Shown here: piece by piece, positions 25,903-32,000 of the stretch | Layout of the letters: every line of letters starts with the position of its first letter | How positions within the stretch are numbered: the first letter of the stretch is position 1 | DNA from: Candidatus Nitrosopumilus koreensis AR1 | GTDB taxonomy: Archaea > Thermoproteota > Nitrososphaeria > Nitrososphaerales > Nitrosopumilaceae | DNA length: 32,000 nucleotides | NCBI RefSeq assembly: GCF_000299365.1 | Contig: NC_018655.1 | Location: forward strand, 540,001-572,000 | Reading direction: 5' to 3' | Notes under the pieces: model-generated | The model's database searches: none | Seen by the model: the letters and a program-made list of their open reading frames with translations, nothing else | Told to the model about the DNA's origin: nothing | Program-made: the position numbers and the translations under genes

Positions 25903-26796
25903 TCATAATTCCAATAATTTTTGTATTGTATTTTTTCTATTACGTAATGTTACAGTTGATATTCCAGAAATTTTTGAGAATGTACTCTGTGATATATTTT
26001 CTCCCATCAGCATGGATGCCAGATATAGTGATGCGGCAGCCTGTCCAATAGGATTCTTTCCAGCAGCAGAACCACATTTTTCAACATCTGATAATATCTT
26101 CAAAGCATAACGTTTGGTTTTCTCAGAAAATCCTAGATCATTGGATAATTTAGTCAGAAATGAGGAGATATTGTATTGAGGCAATACAAGTCCAAATTCA
26201 TTAATTAAAACTCTGACTGATTTTTGTAGATGTTTCTTTGTAATGTTGGCAATTTCAGAAATATCCTCCAGACTTCTAGGGGTCATAGTTTGTCTACATG
26301 AAACATACAAAGCTGCTGCCATCAAATCATCAGAACTTCTTCCTCGGATCAATTGATGTTTTTGTGCCCTTCTAAATAGTGACGATGTACCTTCTATTGT
26401 ATTCTCAGAAATGCCTAACTTTCCTTTTAATCCGTTTAGAAAAGTTAGAGATTTTACAAGAGTTCTTTCTGATGATTTTCTTGCTTTGCTTCTACTATCT
26501 AATACTCTTAGTCGATTAAATCTTGATTTGTTAGATGAGCTTAATGATTTACCTTTAGCATCTTTATCTTTTCCAATGATAGATGACATTCCTTTGTCAT
26601 GTATTGAAAGGGATTGCTTTGAACCAACTTGACTCTTACTCATGAAATCCTCTAAACTATGAACGGGTGTTTCATTATGATTATCTAATTTTTCTTCGAT
26701 AACTGTGCCACAATTTGCACAAAAAATCTCTCCATTAAATGTGTCTGTGATTAATTTACTATTACTGCAATTATGAATTTGGTACTTTTGTAACAT
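25903..26796 (-). CDS. Divergent TFB paralogue with incomplete zinc ribbon
   Basis: Both cyclin-like repeats are recognisable (RGRSSDDLMAAALYVSCR, AGKNPIGQAAASLYLAS) and so is the linker (SIHDKGMSSIIG). The N-terminal ribbon reads IHNC...CANCG, so the first CxxC knuckle is replaced by HxC. Confidence 0.8.
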   Translation of the reverse strand: MLQKYQIHNCSNSKLITDTFNGEIFCANCGTVIEEKLDNHNETPVHSLEDFMSKSQVGSKQSLSIHDKGMSSIIGKDKDAKGKSLSSSNKSRFNRLRVLDSRSKARKSSERTLVKSLTFLNGLKGKLGISENTIEGTSSLFRRAQKHQLIRGRSSDDLMAAALYVSCRQTMTPRSLEDISEIANITKKHLQKSVRVLINEFGLVLPQYNISSFLTKLSNDLGFSEKTKRYALKILSDVEKCGSAAGKNPIGQAAASLYLASMLMGENISQSTFSKISGISTVTLRNRKNTIQKLLEL

Positions 26797-27259
26797 AAAT
26801 ATAATGCATGTCTTTGTCTTTTAAACCCCGACAAAATTAGTTCTAGCTACTATCAATACAAAATAAAACATAATTAATTAGATATTGTTGAATTTTCTAG
26901 AATAAAATAATCTTTTTTATTTTAGGGCATACAATATCAAAGTAAACAACTGACTGAAACTTAAGACCAATACAGGATGTATACTGGTGAAAGTTTCATT
27001 AATCATTACTATGTTAAGTGAGTATTTGTAGAATGCTGATAATTTTGTATGTCTTGTTTACATAACCATCAGTTTCTTTTAACTACTAATTTCACTATAT
27101 GGTATTATGGAAGAGAAACAAATTAAAGATAATCACAATTCCGACAAATGTTTACATTGTATTGATATCTGCCGAATCTACTATGAACATAGAACCTACT
27201 ATTGATGAAATAATTCGATCATTGAAGGATATGCCGTAAAAGGATTAGTCTAAAAAATT

Positions 27260-27583
27260 GTGTACAAAATTAAAGCAATAGTGAGAAATTCAACTTTGTC
27301 TGACGTCAAAAAATCTCTGATGGATATTTCGACTTTTTCAGCATATCAAGTTCAGATTACAGAAATATCTTATGCACATAAAGGATTGAAATCTGATATC
27401 AGTAATTACATTCCTAAATCAAAAATTGAACTTTTGTGTGCAGATAAAGATAAAGAGGAAATTATTAGCACTATACAAAAAACTGCAAGCACGGGCCAAA
27501 AAGATGATGGCGTAGTGGTTAGTTATAAAATTGATAAATTTGGAAAAATTTGTGATATTGGAGTTGACCTTATTACATACTAA
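27260..27583 (+). CDS. Divergent P-II (GlnB-like) signal-transduction-fold protein
   Basis: MYKIKAIVRNSTLSDVKKSL aligns with MKKIEAIIKPFKLDDVREAL of GlnB. PKSKIELLCADKDKEEIISTIQKTASTGQKDDGVVVSYKI aligns with PKVKIEIVVPDD...AQTGKIGDGKIFV. The T-loop region is shorter and unlike canonical GlnB/GlnK. GTG start. Confidence 0.65.
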   Translation: MYKIKAIVRNSTLSDVKKSLMDISTFSAYQVQITEISYAHKGLKSDISNYIPKSKIELLCADKDKEEIISTIQKTASTGQKDDGVVVSYKIDKFGKICDIGVDLITY

Positions 27584-27719
27584 GATATTGTTTCAATTTT
27601 TAGCACGATTGTAATTAATTTCCAAAGCAAAATGCCTCTTAAATTGTAGACTGGCTGTGCCTGCCTATTTGATACATGCTATAAGCAGTTATTTTGTATT
27701 GTGAGTAGGTTATGAATAA

Positions 27720-28001
27720 TTGAGCAGAACTACCAGTCCTAAAGCAGTTGAAATTATAAAAAGAAAATCCATTGCGCCTACCTTTGATCCTAGTATGAAA
27801 ACTTTGATGCGAATAGTAAAATTTATGACTGAACACCAATCTGAAGGTAAAACCCAGATGGCCCTTGATACCAAACTAAATTATGCAAGGCTTGCAAAAC
27901 ATATTGTTTGGATGGAGAAAAAAGGTCTGGTTAAATCTACCGTTAAGGATGGTAAAGTTCTCATTGTTCTGACCTCCCTGGTAGAGATTTTTCAAAAGTA
28001 A
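27720..28001 (+). CDS. Small winged-helix DNA-binding protein
   Basis: GKTQMALDTKLNYARLAKHIVWMEKKGLVKSTVKDGKVLIVLT reads as HTH plus wing. The ORF-track start is TTG at 27720. The ATG at 27795 (MKTLMRIVKF...) is an alternative start. Confidence 0.55.
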   Translation: MSRTTSPKAVEIIKRKSIAPTFDPSMKTLMRIVKFMTEHQSEGKTQMALDTKLNYARLAKHIVWMEKKGLVKSTVKDGKVLIVLTSLVEIFQK

Positions 28002-28128
28002 TTTCTAAAATTTTTTAGATTAAAGTACTTACCAATATGTCTACTATGTTATCACATTTGTATGTCGAACCAACATTTATGTCAGCGTTATTCAAATGTA
28101 CTTGCTTTATTAAAATAATGGTTAGATA

Positions 28129-28365
28129 ATGAGTAAAAGTAGAAATTTTATTGGAATTGGTATTGCAAGTGTTGCAATAATCATGGTATTTCTTTTTACC
28201 AACATATTTGATCTTGCAGAACCTGCAGTTGGTCAATACGTTGTTTCTGCAAAGGAGAATGTCTCACAGGTAGATGGTGAAGATGTTGTATCTGGAGCGG
28301 AATTACTATCTTCAAGTATTGCAAACGAGACATCTAAAATAAAAATACAAAACCCCCTTCCTTAA
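28129..28365 (+). CDS. Possible small N-terminally anchored protein upstream of the FN3 gene
   Basis: ATG start. TM IGIGIASVAIIMVFLFTNIF followed by an acidic tail. It competes with antisense ORF 28015..28236. Confidence 0.4.
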   Translation: MSKSRNFIGIGIASVAIIMVFLFTNIFDLAEPAVGQYVVSAKENVSQVDGEDVVSGAELLSSSIANETSKIKIQNPLP

Positions 28366-28513
28366 TTGCAAAATTTTATTTTATAAATAATAATTGTTAA
28401 TAGCCCTCTAGATACAATATTCCAAAATTTGTAGATTGCACTAACAAATATGTATATGAAATAAACAAATATGTCAGCGTTTCTTAATTACTATTTTTTT
28501 GAATTAAAATAAG

Positions 28514-31417
28514 TTGACTCCTATTAACAGATGTAAAAGCATACAATACATATCACAATCAAAAAAATTTCTGGTATTATCGTTTATTTCATTAGCTATT
28601 GTTTATTCTATGTCTTCAGAAGCAAGTGCTGCAAATGCTCCAAATCCTCCAAACAACTTTTCTATTCAAGCAGTTTCAGACGATCAAATTAATCTTTCAT
28701 GGTCCGCCCCATATGATGGAGGTTTCCCAATTACTGGATATGTGATAACATATGTAGTAGATAATGGGTCATTCGTAGAATTAGATACAATCGATGGGAA
28801 TATCACAAACTATTCACACACAAATCTTGTGACGAATCACATTTACTTTTACCAGGTTTCTGCAATAAATTCAGTTGGCCAAAGTATTCCGACAAAGTTT
28901 TTGAGTGGTACAACATTACATGGCACTTCTGTTCCTGATTCTCCTACATCACTTCAAGCAAACCCTGTATCACCTACAAGTGTTTTTCTATACTGGAATG
29001 CACCTCAAAATAATGATGATTCTATAATTACAGGTTACATGATAGAATATGGCACTATAACGAATCAATGGCATGTTTTGGTTTCAAATACTGGAATTCC
29101 TCAGACATCGTATTATCATTCAGGTATTGATGCTGGTAAAAACTACAATTACCGTGTTTCTGCAATTAATTCTAATGGCGTTGGAAATCCCTCAAATGTC
29201 GTCTCTATTGTTCCTGAGGTAACAACTTCTCCTACAATAACATCCATCGTGATTAATCCTACACAAGTTACATTGAGCTGGATTGCTCCATCGTATACCT
29301 ATGGTGAACGAATAATTGGATATGCAATTGATACAAAAATAGATGATGACGTATATGAGCACACAGTTGAAAATACTGGACTTGTAACAAGTTACACTAT
29401 TTCAGGACTCACAACAGACAAAACATACACCTTTAGACTAATTGCTCTTTTCGATGAAGGCACTCGAAGTATCTCTTCCCGTGATGTATCTGTAATTCCA
29501 ACTTATACATCGTATTATCCATTTCAAACACAAAATAATCTTCCAATTGGTACATCAGTTTACACAGGACAACAATCTCCACATTCTACTAACACTGTAG
29601 TATTTTCAAATCCTGGCACTCAGACGCAATACTTTCAATCGCCTAATACGGACATAGATGGCATCTGGGCAAATGTTTCAACATATGTTGATGGCGCAGT
29701 ACTTTACTTTGATTCTGAAGGTAAAACATACTCTTTGGCAATTCTTCCAAACTCCAAGACATGGATTAGTTTTAACAATCCAATTGATGTATCAAATGTT
29801 AGACTGAATATAGATGATAGATTATATTCTAGTGACATAGGCCGTATCGCCTATGTTGATTTAGATACTGAAACACCATCTCCAGTAAGTCAACTTCCAA
29901 TTGGTACATCAGTTTACACAGGACACCAATCTCCAGGATCCCTTAACACTGTAGTATTTTCAAATCCTGGTCCTCAAACCAAAAACTTTCAATTTCCTGA
30001 TACTGTCAGTGAAGTGAATGGCATCTGGGCAACTGTTTCAACATATGTTGATGGCGCAGTACTTTACTTTGATTCTGAAGGTAAAACATACTCTTTGGCA
30101 ATTCATCCAAATTCAAATACATGGATTAGTTTTAACAGTCCTACGACTATTTCAAATACAATAATAAGTATCGATGACAGAGGATATTCTAGTGATGTAG
30201 GTAGTGTTTCATATGTTACTCCAGATGTTACACCACAATCCCAATCAGCACCAGATGTACCCTTAGGCCTTCACGCAAATCTTTATTCTGACGATACTGT
30301 ACAACTTACTTGGGTTTCTCCTTTAAACAATGACAAATATCCCATATTGGGATATAGAATAGAGTACAAAACCAATTCAGATAGTGATTGGAATGTTATC
30401 TCCCAAAATAATGGACTTCAGACAATATTTGTTCACTCAGGACTTTTAGATAACAAAACATACACGTTTCGAGTATCGTCCATGAATATCTATGGCATAA
30501 GTGATCCTTCAATTAATGCAAGTGTGACTACCGGAAGAGTGGTTCAACCAACTCCAACTAACACATACACGTCATCAGGTGTACTTCCAATATTTAATAC
30601 CGACACATCAATTAGTTATGTCATTTCTGGTGGCAAAGTATTTGGTGTTGTACTCGACAGGGATGCAACTTCATTAGACTTCATGCTTGAAGGAGAAACA
30701 GCCGGTACACTCTATACCCAATTATCAAGAACTTTAATTGATGCTATACAATCCGATGAAAGTGACAGATCTTTCTTTGTAACTGTTGATGGTGTCAATG
30801 CTCAATTCACTGAAATTAAAACAGACGATTACAGAAACATGGTAATTTCATTCCCATCTGGTACAAACAATATATCTATAATCGGTACATCTGTGGTTCC
30901 AGAATTTGGAACAATTGACAAAGAGTATGTTTTACCTGAGCCTGGAACTACTCCTGATTCATTTGTATATGGATTCAAAAAAGCATTTGAAGGGTTAGAC
31001 TTGTCATTTACATTTAATCAAAACGATAAAGTTTCAAAACATCTGAAATTTGCAGAACTTCGACTAAGTGAAGCTAAAGCAATGGTTCAAAAAGGAATGC
31101 CTGAACTAGTTGACGATTTAACAAAAGACTATGAAAAACAAGTATCTGGTGCAAAACAAATTGCCAACTCTGCTTCAGCATCTGTAGATAAAGCAGCATT
31201 AACTGAAACTATAATGTTAGCATCATCAAAACATATTCAAGTTTTAACTAGTCTCAAAGACACACTTCCCGAACAAGCACAATTAAGAATCCAAGTGATA
31301 ATTGATAATTCTAAAAAAGACATTGGTATTGCAATGAAAGAATCCTCCAACCGTGCTGCTGATGCAATGGTAAAGTCAGAAGAAATGAAAAAAATAGCTG
31401 AATATAACAAGCCATAA
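28514..31417 (+). CDS. Large secreted surface protein: signal peptide, 3 FN3 domains, 2 copies of a novel ~118-aa domain, a fourth FN3, a PEFG-type pre-anchor domain, and a soluble DUF5667-like helical tail
   Basis: Signal peptide FLVLSFISLAIVYSMSSEASA (TTG start, uncertain). FN3 signatures occur four times (LSWSAP...GYVITY...YFYQVSAINSVG, and similar). LIDAIQSDESDRSFFVTVDGVNAQF...ISFPSGTNNISIIGTSVVPEFG resembles the region preceding thaumarchaeal PEFG-CTERM anchors. The tail PDSFVYGFKKAFEGLDLSFTFNQNDKVSKHLKFAELRLSEAKAMVQKG resembles DUF5667. Confidence 0.8.
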   Translation: MTPINRCKSIQYISQSKKFLVLSFISLAIVYSMSSEASAANAPNPPNNFSIQAVSDDQINLSWSAPYDGGFPITGYVITYVVDNGSFVELDTIDGNITNYSHTNLVTNHIYFYQVSAINSVGQSIPTKFLSGTTLHGTSVPDSPTSLQANPVSPTSVFLYWNAPQNNDDSIITGYMIEYGTITNQWHVLVSNTGIPQTSYYHSGIDAGKNYNYRVSAINSNGVGNPSNVVSIVPEVTTSPTITSIVINPTQVTLSWIAPSYTYGERIIGYAIDTKIDDDVYEHTVENTGLVTSYTISGLTTDKTYTFRLIALFDEGTRSISSRDVSVIPTYTSYYPFQTQNNLPIGTSVYTGQQSPHSTNTVVFSNPGTQTQYFQSPNTDIDGIWANVSTYVDGAVLYFDSEGKTYSLAILPNSKTWISFNNPIDVSNVRLNIDDRLYSSDIGRIAYVDLDTETPSPVSQLPIGTSVYTGHQSPGSLNTVVFSNPGPQTKNFQFPDTVSEVNGIWATVSTYVDGAVLYFDSEGKTYSLAIHPNSNTWISFNSPTTISNTIISIDDRGYSSDVGSVSYVTPDVTPQSQSAPDVPLGLHANLYSDDTVQLTWVSPLNNDKYPILGYRIEYKTNSDSDWNVISQNNGLQTIFVHSGLLDNKTYTFRVSSMNIYGISDPSINASVTTGRVVQPTPTNTYTSSGVLPIFNTDTSISYVISGGKVFGVVLDRDATSLDFMLEGETAGTLYTQLSRTLIDAIQSDESDRSFFVTVDGVNAQFTEIKTDDYRNMVISFPSGTNNISIIGTSVVPEFGTIDKEYVLPEPGTTPDSFVYGFKKAFEGLDLSFTFNQNDKVSKHLKFAELRLSEAKAMVQKGMPELVDDLTKDYEKQVSGAKQIANSASASVDKAALTETIMLASSKHIQVLTSLKDTLPEQAQLRIQVIIDNSKKDIGIAMKESSNRAADAMVKSEEMKKIAEYNKP
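29540..30247 (+). repeat. Tandem duplication (~354/360 bp) encoding the two ~118-aa domain copies
   Basis: 29540..29571 equals 29894..29925 (32 bp identical). 29674..29743 equals 30034..30103 (70 bp identical). The sequence between these blocks is clearly diverged and includes a 6-bp indel. Confidence 0.9.
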
Positions 31418-31626
31418 TCTAATTGATGATTGGTTCTATATGCGTAAAGTGAATACAATTAGTGGAAATACCGTAGAAAGAATGTGTGCTACATCTTGAA
31501 TTTGAATTAACCATGTGGTGTTTCTATTATTTTTTCAGATGGCACAAGAATGGTTGAATGTGATTAGAAAATGAAAACTATGTTTCTTGCAATAATTAAT
31601 GCAATTATAATTTTGGATAAGAGAAA

Positions 31627-31929
31627 ATGAAATTCAAAAAATCATATTTACTGTTAATTATTTTTCCAATTTATGGAACGATAGCCTCAATAGGAGGACA
31701 TTTACATGAAATGAATGCTCATGAAAGTTACATAACTTTATTTTTTAATCCCTTGGTGTGGATTTTTACAGATCCTCACATACGTTATTTTCCAGTTGAA
31801 AATTATCAGATTGTTTTAGGTCCTGAATTAATTTTATTTTTTATAATTATAAATATTATTTTTTGGATGCCAATTGGATTTATCATTAGTAAAATAATAC
31901 AGATACGAAAACCCAAATTATCTAAATAA
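31627..31929 (+). CDS. Hypothetical small membrane protein
   Basis: 100 aa with two or three hydrophobic segments (LLLIIFPIYGTIASIG, ILFFIIINIIFWMPIGFII). No family recognised. Confidence 0.4.
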   Translation: MKFKKSYLLLIIFPIYGTIASIGGHLHEMNAHESYITLFFNPLVWIFTDPHIRYFPVENYQIVLGPELILFFIIINIIFWMPIGFIISKIIQIRKPKLSK

Positions 31930-32000
31930 AATTAAAAAAAACATAATACAAAATAACAGCCATTGGTTGTGTAGAAAATGAAACCTAGACTTTCATGCGT

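Noticed and set aside
28015-28236. 73-aa minus-strand ORF with a CRFC...CNTC zinc-ribbon-like spacing
   Set aside because: It overlaps the + strand ORF 28129..28365, which has a clean TM helix and coding-like third-position bias. The rest of the minus ORF looks non-coding. The call remains ambiguous and would need expression data.
28079-28481. Exact 11-bp repeat ATGTCAGCGTT flanking the small ORF 28129..28365, considered as possible target-site or att duplicates
   Set aside because: The same chance-expectation argument applies. There are no additional flanking similarities and no mobile-element genes.
24045-28513. Calling the islet an integrated mobile element or provirus
   Set aside because: No integrase, transposase, capsid or replication gene is present, nor a flanking tRNA or long terminal direct repeats. 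The only evidence is low coding density and small zinc-finger ORFs, so it is reported as an observation rather than a mobile_element feature.
1-32000. Search by eye for CRISPR arrays, tRNA and rRNA genes, and transposase or integrase genes
   Set aside because: No regularly spaced short repeats, no tRNA-like T-loop/acceptor structures outside CDSs, no rRNA-like conserved blocks and no recombinase-like ORFs were seen. A covariance-model or tRNAscan run would be needed to be certain.

Overview
This is an AT-rich archaeal chromosomal segment. The gene content points to a Nitrosopumilus-like marine thaumarchaeon (inference from content, no database search): two TFB paralogs, aSUI1, Sec61-beta, an archaeal RNase P RNA, CofC/CofD for F420, geranylgeranyl reductase, Dpo4/DinB, an archaeosortase-like protein, a PEFG-motif surface protein and many tiny zinc-finger ORFs. 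Bases 1-24,000 are tightly packed core genome, and many convergent gene pairs overlap at their 3' ends. Bases 24,045-28,513 are a low-coding-density islet. It holds two copies of a 59-bp promoter/operator-like element, strings of micro-ORFs (one apparently frameshifted), a divergent TFB, a divergent P-II-like protein and a small wHTH protein. Bases 28,514-31,417 encode a 967-aa FN3-rich surface protein. Two genes absent from the ORF track were found by reading the sequence: an RNase P RNA (about 11262..11556, minus strand, where two listed ORFs are spurious) and Sec61-beta (5240..5407, minus strand). The most interesting observations are: (1) an archaeosortase-family protein with Ser at the expected Cys nucleophile position; (2) a surface protein 5.5 kb away whose PEFG sorting motif is internal and followed by a soluble helical tail instead of a membrane anchor; (3) a start/stop-abutting DsbA plus CxC-membrane-protein pair; (4) a membrane protein with a metallothionein-like CxC tail; (5) the duplicated 59-bp regulatory element. 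All family calls rest on motif recognition by eye. No HMM, BLAST or folding was run.
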